Assembly (NCBI GenBank): GCA_033723415.1
Contig: JAWVXD010000001.1
Span: 397,090 to 461,089, forward strand
Direction of reading: 5' to 3'
DNA from: Sulfurospirillaceae bacterium
GTDB lineage: Bacteria; Campylobacterota; Campylobacteria; Campylobacterales; Sulfurospirillaceae
DNA: 64,000 bases
Shown here one piece after another: positions 10,416 through 19,190 of this stretch (position 1 is the stretch's first letter; each line of letters opens with the position of its first letter). The translations under genes were made by a program, and so were the position numbers. Below the pieces are notes generated by a model that did not search any database, had not been told where the DNA came from, and worked only from the letters and a program-made list of their open reading frames with translations.

Positions 10416-11471
10416 TTAAAACAGATCCGTGGTTTTTTTCAATCTCTCTTGGTCAAAATGCGTATAAATTCTGGATGTATTGATATCTGCATGACCGAGG
10501 GATTCTTGAACGAGTACCAAATCTCTGTTTTTTTGGTAGAGCAGGGTGGCAAACGTGTGTCTTAGCATATGGCAACCGTTTTTCTCTTTCCTTAAGCCCG
10601 CACTCATAAGTATCTGCTCAACTAAGCGGCTTAGATAGGCTTGTGTTAATTTTGTGCCCTTTTGATTGCAGAACATCAGCCCGTCTTCACAATTTCTGAT
10701 CTCAAGCCATGCAGCCAAGTCCTCTTTGATCACGCGCTCTCTTATCATGACGACTCTGGATTTATTTCCTTTTCCTGTTATCTTTATGATGTAATTATCT
10801 TCTTCTTTGAAAAAGTCCTTGATCTTGACACTGATCGCTTCTCCGACTCTGATGCCTGTATAAAGGATTAGTTTTATGACCAAGCGGTTCCTAGCGCCAA
10901 GTTCAGGAGTTTTGTAATCAAATGCATCGATTGCATTGATAAATCTAGAGGCTTCTTCTTTGTTAAGAAAAGAGGGCAGTTTGACACCGCTTTTCCCGCT
11001 CAAACCGCCCCAATTTTTAAGCTCTATACCATATCTGTAGGCGTTGCCGTTTTCATCTTCATTTTGTTTATCTATATAACCAAAAAAGCCAAGTAGGGCG
11101 ATACGGTAGTTTTTTTTACTCGCATCTGACAAACTTGAAGTCTCACTCGCTAAAAAATCACTCAGAAGCTCTTCATCGATCTCTTTCATAGAACCTGCAC
11201 CAAATCGCATAAGATACTCATATAGCTTTTCAAGTGGACGGTAATAGACATGAACGCCACTCATACCTATATTTCTCGCTTCTTTTAAAAGATTTGTTAG
11301 AGTTTTTATATCACTGGTACCTTTTGCTAGATTTTGGATAATGATTGCCAGTTTGTCTTTGTCCGTTACTTGTCGATTTGAAAGAGTCGTAACCTTGTTG
11401 CGTATAAATCTACTAAGCCAAAAAAGATACGTTTGACTAAAAGTCGACTCAAGATCAAGAGAATACCTCAT
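10416..11471 (-). CDS. xerH: XerH-type tyrosine recombinase (chromosome dimer resolution)
   Basis: YTGIRVGEA, GKGNK.R, HMLRHTFAT, LGHADINTSRIY; 351 aa with the Campylobacterota XerH-type N-terminus (MRY.LD...F...LFWL.RF); difH-like site 50 bp upstream. Confidence 0.88.
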   Translation of the reverse strand: MRYSLDLESTFSQTYLFWLSRFIRNKVTTLSNRQVTDKDKLAIIIQNLAKGTSDIKTLTNLLKEARNIGMSGVHVYYRPLEKLYEYLMRFGAGSMKEIDEELLSDFLASETSSLSDASKKNYRIALLGFFGYIDKQNEDENGNAYRYGIELKNWGGLSGKSGVKLPSFLNKEEASRFINAIDAFDYKTPELGARNRLVIKLILYTGIRVGEAISVKIKDFFKEEDNYIIKITGKGNKSRVVMIRERVIKEDLAAWLEIRNCEDGLMFCNQKGTKLTQAYLSRLVEQILMSAGLRKEKNGCHMLRHTFATLLYQKNRDLVLVQESLGHADINTSRIYTHFDQERLKKTTDLF

Positions 11472-11517
11472 AATGTGCCTTTTTTTGATATTTTCATATT
11501 ATAGCAAAATTTAGCTT

Positions 11518-11553
11518 AATTGTATTGGAAACTGTAATTTCCAAACTCTTATT
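11518..11553 (+). other. difH-like site / attL: TTGGAAA-CTGTAA-TTTCCAA
   Basis: Perfect 7-bp inverted arms (11525-11531, 11538-11544) around a 6-bp spacer; resembles Campylobacter difH as recalled; right half repeated at 20744-20767. Confidence 0.85.
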
Positions 11554-11619
11554 TGGATTTATTGGCTTGAAACTTAAACGAGTGAGAAATTATGAGTTAA
11601 AACTTAAAAAGAGTATGTC

Positions 11620-12243
11620 ATGATAGACATAAAACTCATTGATAAGTTTAAAAATGGCCGTACAACGGTTGAGAATGATATTTTACTAGATAGTACCTTG
11701 ACAGCAACTGAAAAGATAGTCTATATGTACATCGAAATGCTATCGCACAAAGATAACTACTGTTATGCGACAAATATACAGATATCGGATCTTACCGGAC
11801 AAACAATAGACTCATTGAAACAAGCATTTAAAAAACTCAAAAAGAAAAAATACATTGTAGTCGATACGCTACAAACGCGCACACCATACAAGCGCCGTAT
11901 ATTCACGGAAACACGTTTTTTACGTGCTTGGAATCAAAACACCCTACCCCGTGACTGTACGGTAAAAGAGCCAATAAAACGGCCTGACGAGCTAGATAGA
12001 CAAGCAATCAGCAAGTCATTTCCAAAGTTTAGGAAATTCATAAAATTATATCTTACAGAAAATCAATTTAACATCACTACACCGGGCGAACTTCAAAACA
12101 AAACTATCATGATCAAAAAGAACGGCTACTACACAAGCATTTGGGATGCGCGAGATCTCACAAAAGATGAAAGCGTAACGTTTGAAATGCTGATGTTCGA
12201 TAAACGCGAAACATTGCTAGATAATTTTTTCAATAAGGAGTGA
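11620..12243 (+). CDS. Provirus replication initiator with N-terminal winged HTH
   Basis: T.V.NDIL.D..LT..EK.VY..I...CYATN.QIS...G....S......KL.KK.YI pattern typical of phage/plasmid HTH replication proteins; first gene of element. Confidence 0.7.
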   Translation: MIDIKLIDKFKNGRTTVENDILLDSTLTATEKIVYMYIEMLSHKDNYCYATNIQISDLTGQTIDSLKQAFKKLKKKKYIVVDTLQTRTPYKRRIFTETRFLRAWNQNTLPRDCTVKEPIKRPDELDRQAISKSFPKFRKFIKLYLTENQFNITTPGELQNKTIMIKKNGYYTSIWDARDLTKDESVTFEMLMFDKRETLLDNFFNKE

Positions 12244-12431
12244 AAATGCAAATCAAAAAAGGTGATATTATTGTCTATAAAGTCGGTAAGAATACAAAGC
12301 AAAGCAAAGTTAGAAAGATGAACTTTGATAATAGTGCTTCAATTTTTGCAAAAGAAAAGATCATACCTTGGGATAATATTTTAGGCGTATGCTCTACTAT
12401 AAAGGATCATCATGATAATCGAAATAAATGA
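12240..12431 (+). CDS. Provirus small basic protein (SH3/KOW-like pattern)
   Basis: IKKGDIIVYK; AAGGAG RBS; ATG at 12246 is an alternative start. Confidence 0.6.
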   Translation: MKMQIKKGDIIVYKVGKNTKQSKVRKMNFDNSASIFAKEKIIPWDNILGVCSTIKDHHDNRNK

Positions 12432-12627
12432 GGAAGATTATGACTTTATCATGTATCTTATCAGAGAGGAAATATATGATAAAAAAGACAGTTTAGAGAT
12501 ACTTAAAGGCAAAGATCATTTTTATGGTAACGAAGATCCATATAGGATAAAGAGGATCAAAGAGTTAAAAAGAGAGATTAGAAAGATTATTGAACTAAGG
12601 AGAGCTTTAAAACGAGGAATAAAATAG
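12412..12627 (+). CDS. Provirus small charged hypothetical protein
   Basis: AAGGA RBS, overlaps previous ORF. Confidence 0.65.
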   Translation: MIIEINEEDYDFIMYLIREEIYDKKDSLEILKGKDHFYGNEDPYRIKRIKELKREIRKIIELRRALKRGIK

Positions 12628-12637
12628 CTGTTTAACT

Positions 12638-12718
12638 CTCATATAGGGATACCGTAATTTCCCTATATGAGCGTTTTCATGTTACGGAATGAAAGCGCCT
12701 TTATATCAAAATAAAGGC
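12638..12718 (+). promoter_or_regulatory. Three consecutive stem-loops between early genes and holin
   Basis: CTCATATAGGGA/TCCCTATATGAG; GCGTTTTCAT/ATGAAAGCGC; GCCTTTAT/ATAAAGGC, the last covering the AAGG before the holin ATG. Confidence 0.6.
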
Positions 12719-12723
12719 ATAAA

Positions 12724-13173
12724 ATGGGAATAACAAATTTTTTCAGCGGTTTATTTAGCAGCGGAGCCGCAAAAGTAGTCGATGCGATCGGCAATGCAGC
12801 AGATAAACTCTTTACAAGCGATGCAGAGCGTTTACAATTCCGTAATGATCTACAAAAAGAGCTAGACGATCTCAAAGTCAAACTCAATGATGCACTTGCG
12901 GCATACGACAAAGAGATCACGACACGCTGGCAAAGCGATAACGAACACATCATCACGCGCTTAGTGCGCCCTCTTTCGTTTATATACGTTCTCGTCATAT
13001 TTTCATTTATGGCGCTACTTGACGGAAATATCGGAACATTTCATATCAACACGGCTTATTTGCCTATATTTCAAGGGTTACTTGGAACTATGGTTGTCGC
13101 CTACTTTGGCAGTCGTGGTATCGAAAAAGTATCAAACATAATAAAAAAATCAAATCAAGGAGATAACCAATGA
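12724..13173 (+). CDS. Holin (3TM / GTA-type holin family)
   Basis: D.LFTSD.ER, RW.SD, .R.VRP, two C-terminal TM helices, AYFGSRGIEK. Confidence 0.85.
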   Translation: MGITNFFSGLFSSGAAKVVDAIGNAADKLFTSDAERLQFRNDLQKELDDLKVKLNDALAAYDKEITTRWQSDNEHIITRLVRPLSFIYVLVIFSFMALLDGNIGTFHINTAYLPIFQGLLGTMVVAYFGSRGIEKVSNIIKKSNQGDNQ

Positions 13174-13505
13174 GTACAAAAAAGCAAATAGATCAGATCG
13201 AAGAGATAGAAGATCTACCCGATCAACTTGATCCACCAAATCCAGAGATTGAAAAGGAAAAGCCGGAAGTTGAGATAAAAGAAACTTTGACACCGGATCT
13301 CGAAAAAAAGATTGATGAGATTGAACATAAATTAGATCAATATCATGTTCAATCTATCAAAAAAGAATTTGAAGATCATTCAAAAGAAAAACTACAAAGA
13401 TCAAAATCTAAATTTATTTGGTTATTTGGTAGTATTTGTGTTGCTAGTATTGGCTTAATACTTATAAAAAACGCTAAAAACAGCGAAACGGAGGCTAATG
13501 GATGA
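13170..13505 (+). CDS. Provirus membrane protein (acidic N-terminus, C-terminal TM)
   Basis: AAGGAG RBS; FIWLFGSICVASIGLILI segment. Confidence 0.75.
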   Translation: MSTKKQIDQIEEIEDLPDQLDPPNPEIEKEKPEVEIKETLTPDLEKKIDEIEHKLDQYHVQSIKKEFEDHSKEKLQRSKSKFIWLFGSICVASIGLILIKNAKNSETEANG

Positions 13506-14065
13506 GTAAAGAAGCGGTTGACGGAACGGATAATGGCGTAGAAAGGAATATTCCTTTTGAAGAAATGGGAAACAGTACGGAGGGCATTACCCGTACTGAG
13601 TTAATGGAAAAAACCGGCAAAGAACTAGCAAAAATGGCATTGCCTTATACAACTTGGAAAGAGAGTACATTATCAAAGTTATCTAAGCCAGAACTATGTG
13701 ATATCATACTAACAAAAGGAGCAAATAAAGAGCAGCAAGAGCCGAGAGCTAGAGCAGCAAGAGCCACGAGTGATAGTGAAGCAATTATCGAGACATTTCT
13801 TGCTATTGCAGAGAGTTTTAAGCTTAAAAGAGAAAAAGAGCCTTTAAATGCTACAGCCAAACAGATCTTTAAAAATAATGCCGTTAATTTAGTCGATAAA
13901 AAGGTTGAAGAGGAAACGTTAAGCAGCCACGGTGTAAATGTTACAGTGGCATTTATTGCCGGTACATTTTTAGCTATAGACGGGCTTATAGGCTTAGCAA
14001 ACATCCCAACATTCTTTTCAAAGATAAAGAGCAAACTAAATGTTAATAAAACAGAAGCAAAATAA
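13502..14065 (+). CDS. Provirus membrane protein preceding the ATPase
   Basis: GGAGG RBS; C-terminal hydrophobic segment VTVAFIAGTFLAIDGLIGL. Confidence 0.75.
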   Translation: MSKEAVDGTDNGVERNIPFEEMGNSTEGITRTELMEKTGKELAKMALPYTTWKESTLSKLSKPELCDIILTKGANKEQQEPRARAARATSDSEAIIETFLAIAESFKLKREKEPLNATAKQIFKNNAVNLVDKKVEEETLSSHGVNVTVAFIAGTFLAIDGLIGLANIPTFFSKIKSKLNVNKTEAK

Positions 14066-14696
14066 GATAATTACAGTTATCGGACATAAGGGCTATGGAA
14101 AAACAGCTTTAACAGAAGCCCTTATGCTTATGTATGATAAACCGACAATTATCGCAGATCCACGATTTCAATACTCTACTTTTCAAAAGCGCCGTGTAAG
14201 CTTTAGATCTGTAGGTGATTTTAGAAAGTGGATCTATAACACGGCAAATTTCAAAGATTTTTATAAATACAAACTCGAACTCGTCGTAAATGCTTTTGAT
14301 GATACATTTGAAGAGTTAGCACATATTGTGAGACAAATGAGATCTTTGATGTTTGTCGTCGATGAAGTAGATATGTTCTTAGATCCACGGGCTACAAAAA
14401 ACAACTCCTTGAACAAAATTATTCAGTATGGTAGACACCACGAGATCGACATCATAACTACTTCTAGGAGACCGGCAAACATCTCGCGTAACTTAACATC
14501 TCAAACAGATATATTTTATTTCTCTAAGTTACGCGAGCCAACTGATAAACTGTACATAAAACAAGCGATAGGTGCAGAATATGTCAGTACCGTTGAAAAC
14601 TTAGAGAGATTTAGCTTTTTAGAGTTTGAAGACGAAGAACACCAAAAGATCATCACTACTTCTGAAAGAGATCTTGAACTATTACAAAGAGGGTGA
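14040..14696 (+). CDS. Genome-packaging ATPase (A32/FtsK-HerA superfamily)
   Basis: N-terminal Walker A GHKGYGKT, Walker B FVVDEVD, GRH..I.IITTSRRP..I...L arginine-finger motif; 218 aa, no TM. Confidence 0.85.
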   Translation: MLIKQKQNKIITVIGHKGYGKTALTEALMLMYDKPTIIADPRFQYSTFQKRRVSFRSVGDFRKWIYNTANFKDFYKYKLELVVNAFDDTFEELAHIVRQMRSLMFVVDEVDMFLDPRATKNNSLNKIIQYGRHHEIDIITTSRRPANISRNLTSQTDIFYFSKLREPTDKLYIKQAIGAEYVSTVENLERFSFLEFEDEEHQKIITTSERDLELLQRG

Positions 14697-14721
14697 GGAA
14701 AAATCTTTGAAAGGAGGAAAA

Positions 14722-14817
14722 ATGCAAGCAAAATTGATGAAAGGCTTTGTCTTAGGTATCACCGTAGTTGTTATAAGTGGCGTTGTGGGTAAATGGATCC
14801 CATCCGTAAAAATATAA
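14722..14817 (+). CDS. Provirus micro membrane protein (31 aa, MQAKLMKGFVLGITVVVISGVVGKWIPSVKI)
   Basis: AGGAGG RBS; single TM helix; shorter start than ORF track. Confidence 0.7.
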   Translation: MQAKLMKGFVLGITVVVISGVVGKWIPSVKI

Positions 14818-14843
14818 AAAAATTTATCATATAAGGAAAAAAT

Positions 14844-14951
14844 ATGAATATCACAAAACTTGATGTTTATTTGGCAGCAGGTATCTTAGTTGGCATTGCA
14901 GCCGGGAAAAAATTTGTTGATCCGATCTTAGTTTCGGTTTTGGGGGCATAG
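14844..14951 (+). CDS. Provirus micro membrane protein (35 aa, MNITKLDVYLAAGILVGIAAGKKFVDPILVSVLGA)
   Basis: TAAGGA RBS; stop 1 nt before capsid ATG; not in ORF track. Confidence 0.7.
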   Translation: MNITKLDVYLAAGILVGIAAGKKFVDPILVSVLGA

Positions 14952-14952
14952 T

Positions 14953-15912
14953 ATGGCGCAATCATTAAAAGTAAAAGAAAATTCCGCAACGTGGGCAGCT
15001 TCTACTCAATCCAGGATCCCTCTTAGTAGAAATTATCATGTGGAAAATTACCTTGTGAAAATAAAAGTAACACATGATAACGGGGCAACCCCTGTGTTTT
15101 ATAATGAGGGCGTTTTTTCTTTAATTAACAATATACAGTTGATTGGAAATGGCAATGAAAATATTAAACAAATGCCAGCAAACAAATTATATATCGACAG
15201 TATTTTAAGAAGTGGGAAAAATGGCGGTAACTCTCTTGATACTACAGCAAACAAAACCGGACTTACAAGCTATGTTTGGGCCCGTATCAATCTAAGTATG
15301 CCAAATTCTGTTCGACCTTGGGACACTATCCTATGGACAAAACCATTCCAATCTCTCGATCTTATGATTGATTGGGCTTCAAGTGCAAATATCGGATCTA
15401 ATATTACTGTAACAGCAGCAGAAATGACAGTATTTTCAAATCAGTTAATCGGATATAGTAGAGCAAAAGGCGAAGTGATTAAATACTATGAAGAAACAGC
15501 ACTTAAAGAAGAAGTGACTGGAACAAATGCTCAATTAACTTTCAATTTACCAGTAAATAAACTTTATAGAGCTATTTCTATAGTATCAACAATTAATGGC
15601 TTAAGAGCTGATACTGTGATAAACTCTATTAAGCTAAAAAGCGGGCAAACAGTTTTTTGTGATTGGGATGCTGAAGCATTTAACGAACACAATAAAGAAA
15701 CATATCGTATTGAATCATCAACAGATTTTAAAGGAATCTATGTAGTTGATTTTGCAGAGCGTGGAAGACTAAGCGATATGCTGAATACAATCGTAGCACA
15801 AGGTGGTTACAATACTTTAGAACTTGTTTTAAACGTCACAAAACAAACGGGATCAAACTTTGTAGACGTCTATTTTGACACGGTAAAACAGACTACAGCA
15901 ACGGAGGTTTAA
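14953..15912 (+). CDS. Putative double-jelly-roll major capsid protein (STIV-like)
   Basis: 319 aa, alternating beta-strand pattern in two halves; just downstream of the ATPase; N-terminus TWAASTQSRIPLSRN and second-half LPVNKLYRAI...VVDF resemble recalled STIV B345. Confidence 0.75.
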   Translation: MAQSLKVKENSATWAASTQSRIPLSRNYHVENYLVKIKVTHDNGATPVFYNEGVFSLINNIQLIGNGNENIKQMPANKLYIDSILRSGKNGGNSLDTTANKTGLTSYVWARINLSMPNSVRPWDTILWTKPFQSLDLMIDWASSANIGSNITVTAAEMTVFSNQLIGYSRAKGEVIKYYEETALKEEVTGTNAQLTFNLPVNKLYRAISIVSTINGLRADTVINSIKLKSGQTVFCDWDAEAFNEHNKETYRIESSTDFKGIYVVDFAERGRLSDMLNTIVAQGGYNTLELVLNVTKQTGSNFVDVYFDTVKQTTATEV

Positions 15913-15913
15913 T

Positions 15914-16219
15914 ATGCCTAATTATAACGGGGATGGCACAAACGGCGGTATTTCCACCGCCTCCACTCCAATTTCAGGAACGGTAAATGGTACTGATTGG
16001 TTATCAAATATTTTAAAGCCTATTAGTAATGCCGTTGTTACAGTTGCACAAACACAAGCACAAGTTGACGCACTAAAATCACAGACCGCTACACAACAAA
16101 ATTATCAAAATACACAAAACGCAATTGGATCTAAAAATATCATTGGCGGTGTGGATAACAATATCTTACTTTTGGGTTTAGTTGGTGTAGTCGGAATTTA
16201 CATGTTTATGAAAGGGTAA
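15914..16219 (+). CDS. Putative virion membrane protein (Gln/Thr/Asn-rich, C-terminal TM)
   Basis: GGAGG RBS; ILLLGLVGVVGIYMFMK terminus. Confidence 0.75.
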   Translation: MPNYNGDGTNGGISTASTPISGTVNGTDWLSNILKPISNAVVTVAQTQAQVDALKSQTATQQNYQNTQNAIGSKNIIGGVDNNILLLGLVGVVGIYMFMKG

Positions 16220-16222
16220 ATT

Positions 16223-16609
16223 ATGGGTTTCTTTGGTGGAAGTGCTAGTAGTAGCGGAATTGTAACAAGTAGCATTAATTTTAACCCGTCAATGCAGTTT
16301 GGCACAGATAATACAGCAAAGCCCTCTCAATCAGTAAGTCAGACACCCAAATTGACACAAACTACAAAGGATCAAGGGCTAGCAGCCGCCGCAAGTGTTG
16401 GGCTTGGTTTTGGTGGGAGTGGATCTGCAGGGCCGGCAAGTTTGGCAGAAGCTCCTCTGGTTGGATCTGCACAAACTGGAAGCGCTGCACAGCCTTTAAG
16501 TACTTTGGCATCTAATTACAAAAAATATTTGCCTTTACTTGGCTTAGCCGGAGTTGGTGGATATATGCTAATTGTAAATGATAAGTCTGGAAAAAAGGCT
16601 AAAAAATGA
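16223..16609 (+). CDS. Putative virion membrane / DNA-delivery protein (Gly/Ser/Ala-rich, C-terminal TM plus basic tail)
   Basis: YLPLLGLAGVGGYMLIV followed by KSGKKAKK. Confidence 0.75.
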   Translation: MGFFGGSASSSGIVTSSINFNPSMQFGTDNTAKPSQSVSQTPKLTQTTKDQGLAAAASVGLGFGGSGSAGPASLAEAPLVGSAQTGSAAQPLSTLASNYKKYLPLLGLAGVGGYMLIVNDKSGKKAKK

Positions 16610-16920
16610 GTTGGTTAAGTAGTCTTTTAGGTGGTGGAGGCAGCACAAGCTCCACTACCTCAAACACAACGGTAAGTGTAAGTCCAACTACAATTATAAA
16701 TACCGATAAACTGGCTCAAGCTATAGCAGACGGAAATGCAACACAAGCACAACTTGCACAAGCAACAATCACAGCACAAGTAGCCGAACAAAACGCAAAA
16801 TTGCAACAAAACGCGCAGATCTTTGATACCTTAAGAGCAGGCGCAAAAAAATATGCTTTTTTAAGTTTGCTAGGCTTTGGAGTTTACAAGATTTTTAAAA
16901 ACAAAAGAGGTAAAAAATGA
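16606..16920 (+). CDS. Putative virion membrane / DNA-delivery protein
   Basis: MSWLSSLLGGGGS start, Ser/Thr then Ala/Gln coil, C-terminal TM and basic tail; ATGA overlaps at both ends. Confidence 0.75.
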   Translation: MSWLSSLLGGGGSTSSTTSNTTVSVSPTTIINTDKLAQAIADGNATQAQLAQATITAQVAEQNAKLQQNAQIFDTLRAGAKKYAFLSLLGFGVYKIFKNKRGKK

Positions 16921-17471
16921 ATTACAACGTAATTACAAAAGATATATCTAACGGGCTATCTCTTAGTCAAAGCAATACACTTGGAAAAGGAGATTATATT
17001 ATCTTAAGATATGCGCCGGATCTTGCGAATGTACGAGTGAGATTAAACAGCCCTGATGCTCCTGCAATAAGTATGATACAAGATGACAGCATCAATGCAA
17101 AAGGCATAAATCTTGTATATATCGAGTGTGACCCAGTAGCAGCAGAAAAGATAATCTTTGCCCAGGGCAATACAGATCTAGACTTTCAAATCAATCCGGC
17201 TCCTGCTCTTAAAACTGTAAATGTAAACGGATCTTTTATGCCGCGTACGGATCAAAAACAAACGATAGCTGCAGGAGCAAATTTTATATTAGACACAACG
17301 ACACTTAAAGCGATCAGGTTTCTAGCTACTGATTACGTTGATGTGTCACTCAATGGCAGTGCAATAAACTATCAAATGCTAGAAGATGAGATCTACACGG
17401 GTAATATCACGTCGTTAAAGTTTACAAACAACACGGCTTCAGCCATTGATCTTGTAATATGGGAGATGTAA
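16917..17471 (+). CDS. Putative vertex/spike protein (beta-rich)
   Basis: 184 aa soluble beta-strand pattern, position after membrane proteins; function inferred. Confidence 0.55.
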   Translation: MNYNVITKDISNGLSLSQSNTLGKGDYIILRYAPDLANVRVRLNSPDAPAISMIQDDSINAKGINLVYIECDPVAAEKIIFAQGNTDLDFQINPAPALKTVNVNGSFMPRTDQKQTIAAGANFILDTTTLKAIRFLATDYVDVSLNGSAINYQMLEDEIYTGNITSLKFTNNTASAIDLVIWEM

Positions 17472-17472
17472 A

Positions 17473-17853
17473 ATGTTAGGTATTTCAAGAGCTTTGGTAG
17501 AAAAACTTTTCGCAAAAAAAAGCGACAAAAATCAGTGTACAGCTTGGGTTGTATTTGACGGAACAACAACTCCTCCAACAATAAAAGATAGTTATAATGT
17601 TATTTCTGTTACTAAAATTGCAGTCGGTGTCTACGATATAAATTTTACAATACCTATGAAAAATATAAACTACCAAACAAGTGGATCTGTAACAGATGAT
17701 AATTCTTCTAGTGGGTTTATCTATGAAAGAGGCACTTTTGCACAAAATAGAACCGTTAATAAATGCAGAATTGTAACTATTCAGATATCTGGAGGTAATA
17801 CAAGTACAGTTGATCGTTCAGGGATAACATTCAGCGCAATTGGAGGTATCTAA
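17473..17853 (+). CDS. Fibre / receptor-binding domain protein
   Basis: AWVVFDG...IKDSYNV.SVT....GVY.INF..PM.N.NY pattern seen at C-termini of phage tail fibres. Confidence 0.65.
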   Translation: MLGISRALVEKLFAKKSDKNQCTAWVVFDGTTTPPTIKDSYNVISVTKIAVGVYDINFTIPMKNINYQTSGSVTDDNSSSGFIYERGTFAQNRTVNKCRIVTIQISGGNTSTVDRSGITFSAIGGI

Positions 17854-18164
17854 TGGGATATTTTAAAGTAGTTAACGATTATGTTCAAACGTGTAGTAAA
17901 AAAATAGATGATACTTGGTTTCCAATTACTAGAGATCAAAACGGAAATATCATCGGGCCGAGTGTTCTAGTCACGCAAATTGCAGATGAACAAAAAGCAA
18001 CTTCAAACGCAAAAATAATGCAGCAGATAACAGCACTTGAAAGTGAACTGATAAGACCGATGCGAGAGCTTTTAAGCTCAATTGTAACAGACAAAACCTA
18101 TGCTCAAACAAAGGTAAATGACATCGAAACAAAAATTGAAGCTTTGAGGGCTCAAATTGTCTAA
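17853..18164 (+). CDS. Small protein following fibre gene (possible fibre chaperone)
   Basis: GGAGG RBS; helical C-terminus I..QI.ALE...IRP.RE....IE..I..LR.Q. Confidence 0.6.
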   Translation: MGYFKVVNDYVQTCSKKIDDTWFPITRDQNGNIIGPSVLVTQIADEQKATSNAKIMQQITALESELIRPMRELLSSIVTDKTYAQTKVNDIETKIEALRAQIV

Positions 18165-18690
18165 GAAAAAAATAATAGCCTATGGCTCTTTTTTGGTGTC
18201 ATTGGTATATTTTAGGAGTTTTTTTATGTACGGATTAATTTCAAAAAAACATTTGGACGAAATTATCGTCAATGTAGTTAATACACTAGGTGGAGGTCAA
18301 AATGCTATAGATCTTTTAAGCGAAACGGCTATGTCGGAGACACACTACGGAGATACACCGGACCTACACTTACACAGCGGTTATGGAATTTTTCAATTTG
18401 ATAAGCCAGGCTTTGATGATGTAGTTGCCAGAACACCGCAAAGTACAAAGGATCTCATCAAAAAAGTCTATGACATTGACATCGATCAAGTCAGCATATT
18501 GGCGCTGCAATGGTCGCCGCTTTTAAGTACGATCTTTGCACGACTTTTTTACATGCTTCGCCCTGGTGCGATCCCTGATACAATTCAAGGACGGGCACAG
18601 TATTGGAAACAGTATTACAACACTTTTGCGGGAGCAGGAACGGTGCAACATTATCTTAATGCAAACCAAACCGAAAGGTTTAACGCATGA
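18157..18690 (+). CDS. Putative murein hydrolase (lysozyme-like), two possible starts (TTG 18157, ATG 18226)
   Basis: LL.ETA..ET..G, G.G.FQFD, AR L.Y...P..IP.T...RA.YWK.YYNT..G.GT pattern of a phage lysin family. Confidence 0.7.
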   Translation: MSKKKIIAYGSFLVSLVYFRSFFMYGLISKKHLDEIIVNVVNTLGGGQNAIDLLSETAMSETHYGDTPDLHLHSGYGIFQFDKPGFDDVVARTPQSTKDLIKKVYDIDIDQVSILALQWSPLLSTIFARLFYMLRPGAIPDTIQGRAQYWKQYYNTFAGAGTVQHYLNANQTERFNA

Positions 18691-19067
18691 CACCAACTTT
18701 AAATAATAATTTAGCGGATATGTTTGTTGCGTCCACACCGGTTTTGCAGACGGCACCGATACAGTCAAGCAATTTAAGTACATTTGATAAGATATTATAC
18801 GGTTATGATAATATGATCTCAAATGCTAGTAATTCAGCAGATCAAACGCTTACAGATCAAGCGATTGCACAAGAAAAATTTAAACAAAATGCATCGAATA
18901 TGTATACAAATTTTAAAGCAAGTCTTGGCAGCGCATACGATACGATCAGCAAAGATCTAAATATCTCAAAAAATATTTTGATCTATGGCAGCATTGCCGC
19001 CGGATCTCTTTTTCTTTGGGATAAGATCGGGCGTGATATTTACTACATGACACAAAAGGGGAAATAA
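18687..19067 (+). CDS. Provirus membrane protein (C-terminal TM)
   Basis: ATGA overlap with lysin; ILIYGSIAAGSLFLW segment. Confidence 0.7.
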   Translation: MTPTLNNNLADMFVASTPVLQTAPIQSSNLSTFDKILYGYDNMISNASNSADQTLTDQAIAQEKFKQNASNMYTNFKASLGSAYDTISKDLNISKNILIYGSIAAGSLFLWDKIGRDIYYMTQKGK

Positions 19068-19189
19068 TGCACGAAATAGCAATGTGGATGCAAATTTTAA
19101 CACCGGTAGTTATTTTGCCACTAGCAAAGACTTTAAGCGATCTAAAAAGAGACGTTGCCGTTCTTATGGAACGTACAAAGGGAATGTAA
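19067..19189 (+). CDS. Provirus micro protein (40 aa, MHEIAMWMQILTPVVILPLAKTLSDLKRDVAVLMERTKGM)
   Basis: TAATG overlap, AAGGGG RBS; hydrophobic N-half then short coil; not in ORF track. Confidence 0.65.
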   Translation: MHEIAMWMQILTPVVILPLAKTLSDLKRDVAVLMERTKGM

Positions 19190-19190
19190 T

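Noticed and set aside
10416..11471. Tyrosine recombinase as the provirus's own integrase
   Set aside because: It lies outside the att repeats and has the size and N-terminus of the housekeeping XerH
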